Source: Candidatus Marinacidobacterales bacterium
Lineage (GTDB): Bacteria; Acidobacteriota; Vicinamibacteria; Marinacidobacterales; DATDRI01
Assembly (NCBI GenBank): GCA_965219415.1
Contig: CBDCNP010000002.1
Location: 2,720,001 to 2,784,000 of the forward strand
Direction of reading: 5' to 3'
Length of the DNA: 64,000 bases
Shown: positions 20,345-30,331 of the stretch, piece after piece
Numbering within the stretch: the first letter of the stretch is position 1
How the letters are laid out: the number at the start of each line of letters is the position of its first letter
Made by a program: the position numbers and the translations under genes
Notes under the pieces: generated by a model
What the model saw: the letters and a program-made list of their open reading frames with translations, nothing else
Told to the model about the DNA's origin: nothing
Database searches by the model: none

Positions 20345-21196
20345 TCAAGCGTCGCGATAGTACCTCCTTTCGAATTGGATAGGCGAGCAATAGTCGATGG
20401 CGGAGTGTCGTCGTCGCGGGTTGTACCAGCCTTCGATGAAATCGAAGGTCGCCATGCGCGCCTCAGCGTGGTAGCGAAACGACCGGCGCTCGATCAGCTC
20501 GCACTCGAGCGTCGCGAAGAAGCTCTCGCACATCGCATTGTCGTAACAGTCCCCGACCGAACCCATCGACGGTCGCACCCCGGCCTCCCGGCATCGCTGG
20601 CCGAACGCTAGTGACGTGTACTGCGTGCCCTGGTCCGAGTGATGGATGACGTCGCCGGGCTTGCGTTGGAACAGCGCCATGTCGAGGGCGCTCAAGACGA
20701 GCGACGTCCGCAGGTGGGTAGCCATTGCCCATCCGACGATGCGTCGGCTGAAGGCGTCCAGCACGACGGCGAGGAACAAGAAGCCCGACCACGTGGGCAC
20801 GTAGGTGATATCGGCGACCCACAGGCGGTCGGGCCGGTCCACCTCGAAATTCCTGTCGACGAGATCGGGGGCGGGACGGGCGTCGTCACAGCGAATCGTA
20901 GTGTGCGCCCTCTTGCGCCGGTGAACACCTTGAATGCCAGCCTCGCGCATTAGCCGCGCTACACGCTTGCGTGAGACGTGGAGCTCGTGTGTCTCTCGTA
21001 GCTCGTGGAGAATCCTCGGCGCGCCGTACGTGCTCCGCGACGCGGTGTGAATCGCCCGGATCTTCTCAAGCAACTCCGCATCCGACACCGCGCGGGCCGA
21101 CGGGGCACGCTCAAGCCACGCATAGTAGCCGCTGGCGGAGACGTCCAGCAGTCGGCACATCGTGGCAACCGGTAGTGAATCCTGGTTCGCCCTCAC
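20345..21196 (-). CDS. IS3 transposase OrfB (DDE domain)
   Basis: 'WVADITY', 'HHSDQGTQY', 'DNAMCESFF'. Confidence 0.95.
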   Translation of the reverse strand: MRANQDSLPVATMCRLLDVSASGYYAWLERAPSARAVSDAELLEKIRAIHTASRSTYGAPRILHELRETHELHVSRKRVARLMREAGIQGVHRRKRAHTTIRCDDARPAPDLVDRNFEVDRPDRLWVADITYVPTWSGFLFLAVVLDAFSRRIVGWAMATHLRTSLVLSALDMALFQRKPGDVIHHSDQGTQYTSLAFGQRCREAGVRPSMGSVGDCYDNAMCESFFATLECELIERRSFRYHAEARMATFDFIEGWYNPRRRHSAIDYCSPIQFERRYYRDA

Positions 21197-21507
21197 GAAT
21201 CGGAAGGCTTCGGTGGTACCGACTCGGTCTCCCGAGCGAACCAGGCCGCGGCTTTTGAGAGGATCTCCCGCTCCAACCGTAGTTGACGGTTCTCCCGTCG
21301 CAGGCGGCGGAGCTCCGCACGCTCCTCACTCGTCAGACCGTCCTGCCTGCGACCCTCGTCGAGATCCGCCTGGTTCACCCAGTTCCGGATCGTCTGGCCC
21401 GAGGGCTCAAACTCTCGCGCCAGCTCTTCGGAGCCGCGGCCAGCTCGCACCAGCTCTACCATTTGGCGCCGGAATTCGGCCGCGTATCTGTTTCCCTGCT
21501 TTGACAT
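21193..21507 (-). CDS. IS3 transposase OrfA (HTH)
   Basis: 'YAAEFRRQMV', 'TIRNWV', leucine zipper 'LRRENRQLRLEREIL'; GTGA overlap with orfB. Confidence 0.93.
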   Translation of the reverse strand: MSKQGNRYAAEFRRQMVELVRAGRGSEELAREFEPSGQTIRNWVNQADLDEGRRQDGLTSEERAELRRLRRENRQLRLEREILSKAAAWFARETESVPPKPSDS

Positions 21508-21586
21508 CGTGGACTCCTGTCTCCCAAAGGATTAGGTGTCCACGAAAGCGGGTCAAGTCCAAAGCCTTCGATTGAAGGCTTCCGTT

Positions 21587-21922
21587 CTAGAGCTTGCTCT
21601 CGACGAAACGGGCCAAGATGTTCTGCTGCCGTCCTTCGATGCCGCGGAACTCGATTCCCACGCGGTAAAGCGTGGCGGTATCTCCGGGTTCTTTGGGTTC
21701 GCAGTTTCGCACCACACCCTTCAGATCTAGGTCCTCGCCGTCCACACTGAGAGTGAATTCGTACTCGGATCCCACATTCACCGGCACTTCCAGTTCAGCC
21801 ATCATTCCATTGGGTGAGATTTGAAGAACGTGAGTTTCCAAATCGATTTCGAGCTGTCCAGGAACGCCACCTTGGGCTTCGACGCGGGGTGCGTGCCGGC
21901 GTTCTTGATTCACGTCACTCAT
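21587..21922 (-). CDS. PilZ-domain protein
   Basis: RxxxR (RRHAPR), variant QISxxG, 'VGIEF'. Confidence 0.82.
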   Translation of the reverse strand: MSDVNQERRHAPRVEAQGGVPGQLEIDLETHVLQISPNGMMAELEVPVNVGSEYEFTLSVDGEDLDLKGVVRNCEPKEPGDTATLYRVGIEFRGIEGRQQNILARFVESKL

Positions 21923-21945
21923 TTCGTCCGTCCTTCTGCGCCCGC

Positions 21946-22348
21946 CTACCCCGCGCGCTCACTCGACAGGTGAGCGCTCACTGCAATTTGGGACAGTCTT
22001 TCGACCGTTTTGTGAAGAGTTTCCTTTTGAGCGTCGCCGATCGCCTGGAATTGCAGCGCCGCACGATACTTGATGACGGTCTCTCCACGCTCGTTGCGCT
22101 CGAAACCGTGTACGTAGCTTCGTATCACTTTCCCCTTTGACCTCGAGTTGCTCCGTCGGTCCGACGGCGAGCCGCAGGGTATACAGTGTCTTCGGCTCTA
22201 GAACACAGGGGACTTCGAGCAAAGCTCCTTCCACGGAGAGATCGACAACGGGAGCAGCCGAGACGGTGTGGATCTTCCCTTTGACTTCGCCCTTCAACGG
22301 TACCCTCGGATATTTTCTTCGCTCACGACCATCCCACTCCTCCGCCAT
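21946..22348 (-). CDS. PilZ-domain protein; frameshift near 22132 in a G run
   Basis: RRKYPR and DLSVEG; C-terminal 'VIRSYV...YRAALQF' continues in another frame. Confidence 0.78.
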
Positions 22349-22559
22349 CACTCTCCTTCTTCTCAGTCCTCGTGCCAAACGATCAACGCCCGAGGCGGAG
22401 AAATTCCTCAGGCCAAAGCTTCAGTTGCTATTTTTACCGGATAGAACACTGTAACGCTTTCTCACTGGGTTGGCAAGGGCGTCAGGCTCTGGGCCGGCAT
22501 ACAGCCAGCCTAAAGCCAGCCTAAGGGCTGTCCAGGCCTGTGTGCTCGGCGCCAGTGGC

Positions 22560-23816
22560 TCAATGAAGGGTGCGGGTCTTCTTGTTGACGTAGTCCATGA
22601 GGACGTAGTGACCGAGGGACGCGGGTGTCGTAAAGTAGGCCTTACCCCGAACGATCTCCGTCACTTTCTTCACGAAGTTCACCAGCGAGTAGTCACGCGC
22701 CAACATGAAGGTATTGATGAGAACTCCGGAGCGCCGGCACGAAACGACTTCCTTGAAGGTCTGGTCGACGATCAGGGGATCTAGCCCGAAGGGATTCTTG
22801 TAGATCCGCCCGTCATCCAACGTGAGTGCGGACGGTTTCCCATCGGTAATCATGACTATCTGACGCATGTCTTTGCGTTCGCGAGCCAGGATTCGCTGCG
22901 CCAGCTTCAATCCTTCACAGGTATTGGTATAGAACGGTCCTACCCGGACGCGGGCAAGCTGTGACAACGGTACTTCCTCGGCGCTGTCATGAAAGAGCAC
23001 AAGATGAAGGCTGTCGCCCGGGTATTGAGTGCGGATGAGATGGGAGAGAGCCAAAGCCACTTTCTTGGCGGGTGTGAATCGATCCTCTCCATAGAGGATC
23101 ATGCTGTGGCTGCAGTCGAGCATTACTACCGTGGCGCAAGAGCTCCGGTATTCCGATTGATGGACGTGTAAATCGGAATGAGTGAGCTCGATGGGCACGC
23201 CCAAGCCGTTCCGCCGGACCGCGGAGAGAAGCGTGTGAGACACATCCAAGTTGAGTGTGTCACCGAACTCGTACCGTTTTGAGCTGCCTGTTACTTCCAC
23301 GCCGGTCGCCAGCTCTCTCGTCTCATGTTGTCCGAAGCTGGCTTTGCCGAGACCCGCGAGCAGATCCTTCAGCGTCTTGAAACCCAGGAAGTCCACGGTC
23401 TTGTCGGTGAGCTCGAACTTGACCCTACCTCGCGACGGCTCCACTCGGCCCGGCTCCGAAGTTTCCATACTTCCGAGCGCGGTACCGGAGTCGGCAGGCC
23501 CCACGCGAACGTAACCTTCCTCTTGCATTCGCTCGATGAGCTCGTTGAGAAGCCGGGCCAGCTCCGAGTCTTCGAAGTTTTCTGCTTCCGACAGCATCCG
23601 CTCTACGTCTTCTTGGGAGAGAGCTCCTTGCTCCAGCAAGGCCTGTAGGATGGCTTCTCGAAGCTCGGCCATCGATTGATCGCCAAGCTGGTAGAATCCA
23701 TAGGCGTCTTGGAACCCACTGCGCAAGAAGTAGTCCGATAGCTGCTGCATCAGATCCTCGAGCGATAGATCTTCTAGGGCCTCTGGACGGAACCGGGAGT
23801 ACTTGGTAATCGACAA
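22560..23816 (-). CDS. VWA-domain protein
   Basis: MIDAS motif DCSHS, 'TNT', 'ITDGKP'. Confidence 0.88.
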   Translation of the reverse strand: MSITKYSRFRPEALEDLSLEDLMQQLSDYFLRSGFQDAYGFYQLGDQSMAELREAILQALLEQGALSQEDVERMLSEAENFEDSELARLLNELIERMQEEGYVRVGPADSGTALGSMETSEPGRVEPSRGRVKFELTDKTVDFLGFKTLKDLLAGLGKASFGQHETRELATGVEVTGSSKRYEFGDTLNLDVSHTLLSAVRRNGLGVPIELTHSDLHVHQSEYRSSCATVVMLDCSHSMILYGEDRFTPAKKVALALSHLIRTQYPGDSLHLVLFHDSAEEVPLSQLARVRVGPFYTNTCEGLKLAQRILARERKDMRQIVMITDGKPSALTLDDGRIYKNPFGLDPLIVDQTFKEVVSCRRSGVLINTFMLARDYSLVNFVKKVTEIVRGKAYFTTPASLGHYVLMDYVNKKTRTLH

Positions 23817-23826
23817 CGTCTTGACC

Positions 23827-25305
23827 TCAGTTCAAATGTCGCTTCGCGGCGTCGATAGGCTCCATGCCGATCTCCGGGTGCTGCCTCTCGGTACGAGTGA
23901 AACGCCGCTCCTCGCTGCGGCTGATCTTTTTCATGCCCGCTAGCCCTTCGAGAACGAACTCCGCCGCCGCCACAATCACCGCGGGTGAGTCTTTCTTTTT
24001 GACGCCGAGCAAACTAACTTTCTCAGCTAGTCCTTGAATTTTTTCCAGGCTGGCCAAGGCCTCCTTCGCGGGCGTAGTATCTGGCAGCTTCAAATAGCCA
24101 CCCATCTCGAACCACTCGATGACCTGGTTCAGGTCTTCACCGCCTAAGTACTTTCGAAAAGTCTGGCCGACGGCGTTACGGACTAAATCCCGTGACACAA
24201 CTTCCGCACCCTTCAGCTCGCCCTCGTAGTCGAGCTCGAGTTTTCCCGTGATGGCGTGCAGCGATGCGTATACATCCGAGACGCGGGGAACGATCTTCTC
24301 TTCTTGATGCAGAATTGCTCGCCGCTCGGCGTTCGAGACGACGTTTTCCAACAAGGTGATCGGCAACCGCTGGCTTACTCCTGACCGTTGGTCGATACGT
24401 CTGTCCTTCCTAGCCTGAATAGCGACTTCCTCTACGACCTCGCGAAGGTAGTAGGGCACGAGCACCTTGTCTTCGTGCCGTTCGGTCCATGCCTCTTCTC
24501 GCGTGATGGATACCGCCTGCTCGAGCGTGTTCGGGTAGTGGGTGCGAATTTCCGATCCCAGACGGTCCTTCAGAGGAGTCACGATTTTTCCTCGGGCGGT
24601 GTAGTCCTCGGGGTTCGCAGTGAACACCATGAGGACATCTAACGGCAGGCGGATCGGATAGCCTTTGATTTGAACGTCCCCCTCCTGAAGAATGTTGAAC
24701 AAGCCGACCTGAATCTTTCCGGCGAGGTCGGGAAGCTCGTTGATGGCGAAGAGGCCTCTATGCGCGCGGGGCAAGAGGCCGTAGTGGATCGTCAACTCGT
24801 CGGAAAGATCGAGTCCGCTACGCGCGGCGCGGATCGGATCCAGGTCACCGAGGATGTCTGCGATCGTGACGTCGGGGGTCGCCAATTTCTCGACGTAGCG
24901 ATCCTCCCTGGAGAGCCACATGATGGGAGTTTGATCTCCCATTTCGTCGATCTTTTGCCGGCATGCCCGGCATAGGGGCCCGTAGGGGTTGTCGTGAATC
25001 TCGCAGCCTTCTACTGCTGGCAGCTCCGGGTCGAGAAAACGGGTGAGGCTACGGAGGATACGGCTCTTGGCTTGGCCCCTTAGGCCGAGCACGATGAAAT
25101 GATGCTTCGAGAGAAGCGCGTTGACCAACTGGGGAAGAACGGTTTCTTGGTACCCGACGATGCCAGGAAAAAGCTCCTCACCCGCCGCCAGCGCGCGAAC
25201 GACGTTCTCCCGGATCTCGTCGCGAACCCTGCGGCCGAGTCTTTCCTTTGTATAACCACTCGACTTCAAATCGCCCAGGGTCTTGAGTTCCATCGCATTT
25301 TTCAT
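23827..25305 (-). CDS. AAA+ ATPase (Mg-chelatase-like), partner of the VWA protein
   Basis: Walker A variant GLRGQAKS, 'INELPDL', 'TANPEDYTARG'. Confidence 0.88.
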   Translation of the reverse strand: MKNAMELKTLGDLKSSGYTKERLGRRVRDEIRENVVRALAAGEELFPGIVGYQETVLPQLVNALLSKHHFIVLGLRGQAKSRILRSLTRFLDPELPAVEGCEIHDNPYGPLCRACRQKIDEMGDQTPIMWLSREDRYVEKLATPDVTIADILGDLDPIRAARSGLDLSDELTIHYGLLPRAHRGLFAINELPDLAGKIQVGLFNILQEGDVQIKGYPIRLPLDVLMVFTANPEDYTARGKIVTPLKDRLGSEIRTHYPNTLEQAVSITREEAWTERHEDKVLVPYYLREVVEEVAIQARKDRRIDQRSGVSQRLPITLLENVVSNAERRAILHQEEKIVPRVSDVYASLHAITGKLELDYEGELKGAEVVSRDLVRNAVGQTFRKYLGGEDLNQVIEWFEMGGYLKLPDTTPAKEALASLEKIQGLAEKVSLLGVKKKDSPAVIVAAAEFVLEGLAGMKKISRSEERRFTRTERQHPEIGMEPIDAAKRHLN

Positions 25306-25370
25306 ATGCTTCGATTATAGAGGATAGACTAAGGGCCACCAAACGACCGGCATTGCTGCCCCCACCCAGG

Positions 25371-25495
25371 CCCTCTCCCAACCTGCCTCCGTCCGCGATC
25401 TTTCAATGACTTCGGCGGGTCCGCCGAAGCTTTAGTGAAGGCACACTAGCGAAGGCGGAAGGGAGAGGGATTAAGGGAAGAAGAAACTATCTTTT
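25371..25495 (-). repeat. Composite palindromic element, copy B
   Basis: CCCTCTCCC...GGGAGAGGG outer hairpin enclosing the CTTCGGCGGGTCCGCCGAAG hairpin; homologous to copy A. Confidence 0.8.
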
Positions 25496-25499
25496 TAGC

Positions 25500-26574
25500 T
25501 CAATCTTCCTTCTTGTAGAGAAAGACGAAGTCTTTGGACTGGTTCTTCACGCCGTCGTGAACCGCGTACTGCCGCTCGCCACTCCACATCGCCACGCCGG
25601 CATACTCACCCCGCTTGTTGAGCACATAGAAGCTCAGCTGGTACGCCGGCCTCCCCTTGCCGTCACGGAGGCGTGGTTCGGTCTTCTCTGCGATCCGCTT
25701 GAGCGCGGCAAGACCAGCTTCCTCGGGACTCATCCCGTTCCTCATGTTCTCGACGATCAGGAAGCTCGAAAGATGCAGGAGATTGGCTTCCCCCCGGCCA
25801 GTGGAGCCACAGGCACCGACTTCATTGTCGACATAAAGGCCCGCGCCAATTATGGGAGAGTCCCCCACTCGACCGGGTATTTTGTAGGCTAGACCGCTGG
25901 TGGTGGTAACAGCGGCGATGTTGCCATTGTTATCGACGGCGTTGCAGTTTATCGTGCCAGTGAGCCTTGGGTTCCGCCTCGCGTCCGCGGAATCGGTTGC
26001 TCCTCCAAGCTCCTTAGGAGGGAGCCAGTCGTCCTTGTCGGAGAGGTTTTCCTTCCACTCCGAGCCAGATTTTTCGAGCCTCGTGTGTCAAGAGATCTAC
26101 TTCCTCGAACCCATGCGCCTTTGCGAAGCGGAGCGCCCCTTCTCCAACCAGGAGAACGTGGTCGGTTCGCTCCATGACGAGCTTGGCCACCTTCGACGGC
26201 GTTTTGATTCCGCGGAGTGAAGCGACGGCCCCCCCACGATTCGTTGGGCCGTGCATCAAGCAAGAGTCTAGCTCGACGACACCCTCCTCGTTCGGGAGAC
26301 CGCCATAGCCCACCGAGTGATCGTTGGGGTCTTCTTCGACGATGTTCACCCCCGCTACTACAGCGTCCAGCGGATCCGAGCCGTCCCGGATCATGGACAT
26401 CGCTAGCTCGGTAGCCGGCAGCCCGTTCGGACTCGAAATGACGACGGGGCGAGACGGACCGGCCCCTTGAGCCCCTTGGGTAAGCCCCGCCGCTTCTGCC
26501 GATCGCGAAAAAAGACCACCTACACCAAGCGCTCCGGCTGCACGCAAGAAACCTCTTCGATTTAGAGAATTCAT
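25500..26574 (-). CDS. Tat-exported N4-(beta-N-acetylglucosaminyl)-L-asparaginase (Ntn hydrolase); frameshift near 26060
   Basis: RRGFL Tat motif, 'SVGYGGLP', 'GTINC' nucleophile Thr, 'GRVGDSPIIGAG', 'TGRGE'. Confidence 0.88.
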
Positions 26575-26594
26575 GCCCATCCTCCTTCTCTTCT

Positions 26595-28736
26595 TCAATA
26601 AGCTGGTTGAGAATCGTTCAAGAGCCAGCCCGAAGGAGGGGGATCTTCGGACCAGCGGATGCGGTCCCGCTGGAACAAGCGCAGAGGCACCAAGGCCGAC
26701 CGCCCCCATTTCGGATCGCGGGCAGAGTCGCGCAGATCCTTACCTAGCGCAATGCTGACCCACTCGCCTCGGTGAAGCAACCGGAGCTCGCCATCTTCGA
26801 GACCGACGAAGGGAAACTCTGGGAGTGCAGCTAGCGCTCGTGCCCTTTGCGTTCTCGTCTCGGTCAACTCCAACGAATTGAGGATTGTCTGACGGACGGT
26901 CTCCTCCAACAGCAAGATTCCCTGACCCTGTTCGACTAGGTCGAAGAGGCCGCGATCGTAGAGCACGAGCTCGCCTGCTCCTTCATCGAGTCGGAAGAGC
27001 CGTTCGCTCTCCCAGCGCTCCTCCACTTTGACCCAGCCCTGGTAGTCACTCTTTTCCGTCAGAACCACGAGCACCTTGCCCGGCGGTGGATGCCACTCAA
27101 GGGGCACGCGATGGAAAACGGCCTCGCCTGCATCGCTTTGGGGAAAGCTCACGGCATTGCCAGTAAGGGCGAAGTAGAGCGCGGTCGCTTCGGAAGGCTC
27201 GATCGCCGCCCCGCCCTCTAGCATCGTGAGAAACGGATCGACCGCCTCCCCCACTCCGAGCGCTGCGAGGCCCCGTGACGCCTCGAGCCAAAAAGTATCT
27301 CCGGAGCGGAGTAGGTCTAGCAAGAGTCCACTCGCTTCCGGAAGTTTCCATTCCTCGGCCACTACCGCCATGGCTGCCCGTTTGGTGGCGCTCGGCTCAG
27401 GTTCCTCAACAATGGAGAGCATCGCTCGAACGACCGATGGTTCGGGTCGCTCGCTGGCAAGCTCGACAGCGCGAAGACGAATCGGATCGTCCGGAGATTG
27501 CAACACCCCCACCAACAGTCGCGTGGGCCCCTCACGCGTCACAACCTCCAGCGCTCGCTCGCGCAACGGAAGTGCGCCGAGAGTCGAACCGAGTATCGCT
27601 TCGAGGCGAGACTCAACCAGGGGATCGGGGAGATAAGCCGACACCACCCGCAGGTGCGCGGTTGCGACGTCGGCATTAGAGTCCCGCGTCTTCTCGAGAA
27701 AGAAGAACCGGAGCTCGGGTCTAGAGCGGATCTTCTCGGCGTCCAGATCCACCGGCGCCAGCGCCTTTCGAACTTCCGGATCGGGGTGATGTTCGAACCA
27801 CGAGAGTAACGGATTCGGCACCCGTGACAAACGCGCCACCAGGGCCGCAGTTTCGACCGCCAACTCGGGAGCCGATGCAAGCTCGTTCAGAACGAAGGAA
27901 ACCATACCGGTCATCGAAGTGTCCGAGGCACCCGAGGCGAAATAGTGCGTGACTGCCAGCAACGTGCGCAAGGATTTTAACGGCGGGTTGTGGAAGCCCT
28001 CCTCCAAGGCCGGGAGGGAAACGGGGCCCAGCTCGATCAAGACCTCGGCCACTAGCAGATTCGCGTCTTCAGCACCGGTGTTGATGGAACGCGCCAGGGG
28101 TTCGGCGGCTTTGCTGACTCCCCGCTCTGCGAGGAAGAGCAACAGCGTGAGTCGAGCATTCGCTAGGTGCCCGCGTGGTTGTTCTTCGAGCTCCTCGGCA
28201 TCGTTTTCCCCTATCTTCTCGACGAGGGTCATAACCGGCACCGGATCCACCGGTGCAGCGAACCCCCGGCTGAGCCTCACGAAACTGGCGACCTGCCGAT
28301 CGAGCAAAGCAGAGTTGGTGAGCGTTGCCCGTTCCAGAAATCCGAGGAGCTCGGGCGTCGTCACCCCTCCAATCTTTCGAAGCGCATACTCCATTTCCAG
28401 TGGGGCATCGGGAAAACCCATTCGGTAGAGCAGAGGCTCCACCGCCCGTCGATCTCCGATCCAACCAAGGATGATCGCGCTCTGTTTTTGGATCTCCAGC
28501 TGCTCGTGCCATAGCCCCGCATACAGCACTTGGAGGGCGAACTCCCCCATGAGAGCAGCTTGCCGCGTCGCGTAGAACGACAGCTCTGGATCTAAAGAAG
28601 CGCTCATCAAATGCCTGAGGCCCTCGGCAGGCTTGCCGGCTCTCCACAACTCCATGCCCTTCGCGTAGTGGTAAGACCCGGGGTTGGTTGGAGCGGTCTG
28701 GAGTATCGCGATTAGGGCTAGAGTGGAAAGAGACAA
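26595..28736 (-). CDS. Large HEAT/PBS-lyase repeat hypothetical protein
   Basis: 'AIILGWIGDRRAVEPLL', 'ALGVGEAVDPFL' repeats; hydrophobic N-terminus. Start uncertain (28736-28796). Confidence 0.6.
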   Translation of the reverse strand: MSLSTLALIAILQTAPTNPGSYHYAKGMELWRAGKPAEGLRHLMSASLDPELSFYATRQAALMGEFALQVLYAGLWHEQLEIQKQSAIILGWIGDRRAVEPLLYRMGFPDAPLEMEYALRKIGGVTTPELLGFLERATLTNSALLDRQVASFVRLSRGFAAPVDPVPVMTLVEKIGENDAEELEEQPRGHLANARLTLLLFLAERGVSKAAEPLARSINTGAEDANLLVAEVLIELGPVSLPALEEGFHNPPLKSLRTLLAVTHYFASGASDTSMTGMVSFVLNELASAPELAVETAALVARLSRVPNPLLSWFEHHPDPEVRKALAPVDLDAEKIRSRPELRFFFLEKTRDSNADVATAHLRVVSAYLPDPLVESRLEAILGSTLGALPLRERALEVVTREGPTRLLVGVLQSPDDPIRLRAVELASERPEPSVVRAMLSIVEEPEPSATKRAAMAVVAEEWKLPEASGLLLDLLRSGDTFWLEASRGLAALGVGEAVDPFLTMLEGGAAIEPSEATALYFALTGNAVSFPQSDAGEAVFHRVPLEWHPPPGKVLVVLTEKSDYQGWVKVEERWESERLFRLDEGAGELVLYDRGLFDLVEQGQGILLLEETVRQTILNSLELTETRTQRARALAALPEFPFVGLEDGELRLLHRGEWVSIALGKDLRDSARDPKWGRSALVPLRLFQRDRIRWSEDPPPSGWLLNDSQPAY

Positions 28737-28904
28737 CGGCGGGCTTCCTTTTCTGGATAATCTCCGAGAGATAAAGCGGCGCGGATTGTAACACACGGGG
28801 ATCTCCCGCCCCGCAGAGCCGACGCGACTCTCCAGGTCGCGCTTGCATGCTGCAGGCGGGCTTGATACTCACGTGAAGGTCGGGGCATCGAATCGGAGGC
28901 GATC

Positions 28905-29696
28905 GTGTTTAAAGGTCTTTTGTACTTGGTCTTTCTCTTCCTCATCTTGTGGGGAGCCTACCGCTACTACGAGGACCAGGAGCTGCCTTTTGTCGGCGGA
29001 AGCCTCGATGATGCGGTTAGTTTGGCCTCGGTGAAGGCGGCCATCGCACTTCATCGCGACTTGGCGGAACGCCCCATCTCCGTTCGCTCCCGAAAGGGAG
29101 TCGTTACATTGAGCGGTCAAGTAGCGAGCAAAGCTGAAAAGGAGGACGCCGGGGACATCGCCGCGAGTGTGGTAGGGATCGAGCGGATCGAAAATCTCAT
29201 GGCCGTTAATCCGGAGCTTACCCCCGACCCTACCGATGCGGAGGTCGCCAACCGCCGCAGTTTGGGTCAGCGGTTCGATGATGTCTCCCTGGCCGCCAAG
29301 GTCAAGGCTTCGATCACTCTACACAAGGAGCTAAAGGGCTTGGACATCATGGTAAGAGCGCGCGACGGTACCGTCTACTTGGAAGGAACCGTCGAAACGC
29401 CAGAGCAATCGAAGATCGCTTCTAGTCGCGCATCGGCGGTCACCGAGGTTGATAGAATCGAAAACGTACTCCAGCTCGACGGGAGCATCGAAGAAGTGGC
29501 TGAACAGATCAACGAGGCCCTCGCCGAAAGCGGGAACCTAGCGGAGTACGATCTTCGTGCCCGCGCCGCTGACGGAAGCATCATCTTGCAGGGTGGAGTC
29601 CAGACCAATGCGGAGCGGGAGCTGGCGGAGCTCTTGGCGGAGCGCGTCGCCGGGCACCGGGATGTGATCAACCGGATCGAGTCGAACCAGCGCTAA
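28905..29696 (+). CDS. Triple-BON-domain (OsmY-like) membrane-anchored protein
   Basis: Three 'GVVTLSG/GTVYLEG/GSIILQG' BON repeats after an N-terminal TM segment. Confidence 0.88.
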   Translation: MFKGLLYLVFLFLILWGAYRYYEDQELPFVGGSLDDAVSLASVKAAIALHRDLAERPISVRSRKGVVTLSGQVASKAEKEDAGDIAASVVGIERIENLMAVNPELTPDPTDAEVANRRSLGQRFDDVSLAAKVKASITLHKELKGLDIMVRARDGTVYLEGTVETPEQSKIASSRASAVTEVDRIENVLQLDGSIEEVAEQINEALAESGNLAEYDLRARAADGSIILQGGVQTNAERELAELLAERVAGHRDVINRIESNQR

Positions 29697-30054
29697 GCCG
29701 TTCACTGTTGCCGATCGAAGAGCGAACCAACGTCATGAGCGCGGCCGGATCACAGGGTTTTTCGAAATAACCGGCGACCTCTAGCTCCTGCGCTTGCCTC
29801 CGAACACTGCTACACCCATACGCGGTGACTAGAATGGACGGGCAGATTGCCTTCGCCTGCCGTACCAAGTCCAGACCGTTTCCTCCCGGAAGATCGAGGT
29901 CGGTAATGAGAAGGTCGAAAGCCTCTGCCCTAAGCAGCTCGGTGGCGGCGTCGAAGTCGACGGCGCCCGCACATTGGTAGCCCGCCGCCTCGATGAGAGC
30001 CAACAACCCCTCTCGAATGCGGCGATCGTCCTCTACGATCAGAATGCGTTTCAT
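29668..30054 (-). CDS. Single-domain response regulator receiver
   Basis: 'ILIVEDD', phospho-Asp in 'ITDLDLP', 'VTAYG', 'EKP'. Confidence 0.88.
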   Translation of the reverse strand: MKRILIVEDDRRIREGLLALIEAAGYQCAGAVDFDAATELLRAEAFDLLITDLDLPGGNGLDLVRQAKAICPSILVTAYGCSSVRRQAQELEVAGYFEKPCDPAALMTLVRSSIGNSERLSAGSTRSG

Positions 30055-30106
30055 CCTCAATCGTTCCCGGAATTTCTGGTTGCTCAGCCTGTGTTCGAAC
30101 AGGGGA

Positions 30107-30122
30107 GCAAGGTCCATGCCAA
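30107..30122 (-). promoter_or_regulatory. Sigma54 (-24/-12) promoter for the receiver gene
   Basis: TTGGCATGGACCTTGC, i.e. GG-N10-GC, 52 nt upstream of the ATG. Confidence 0.72.
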
Positions 30123-30331
30123 AAAACCGGAGGCGTTATTTGCCAGAAAAACCGTGGGTTATTGTGAGCCCGGCGACGAGGATCGAGAATCTGGAAGGTA
30201 AGAACTACTCAATTAAAGGAAGAATGGGTTTACTAGAAACCCTACCCCTTTTCCGTCGTAATCCAGTTAATCTTGTAACTCTGTCTGGTGTCTATGGTTT
30301 GAACGAAACGAGATGGATGTTCGCGTGAGAA

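Larger units (their letters stand above)
20304..21561 (-). mobile_element. Complete IS3-family insertion sequence, 1258 bp
   Basis: TG...CA ends; imperfect IRs sharing the CCCGCTTTCGTGGACA core; 4-bp target duplication AAGC at 20300-20303 and 21562-21565; orfA and orfB. Confidence 0.95.

Noticed and set aside
17540-21561. Genomic island integrated at tRNA-Sec or tRNA-Ala
   Set aside because: No integrase and no duplicated tRNA 3' end; the flanking genes are housekeeping.
22361-22380. Sigma54 promoter TGGCACG upstream of the PilZ pair
   Set aside because: The -12 position reads GA rather than GC, and the motif is too close to the start codon.
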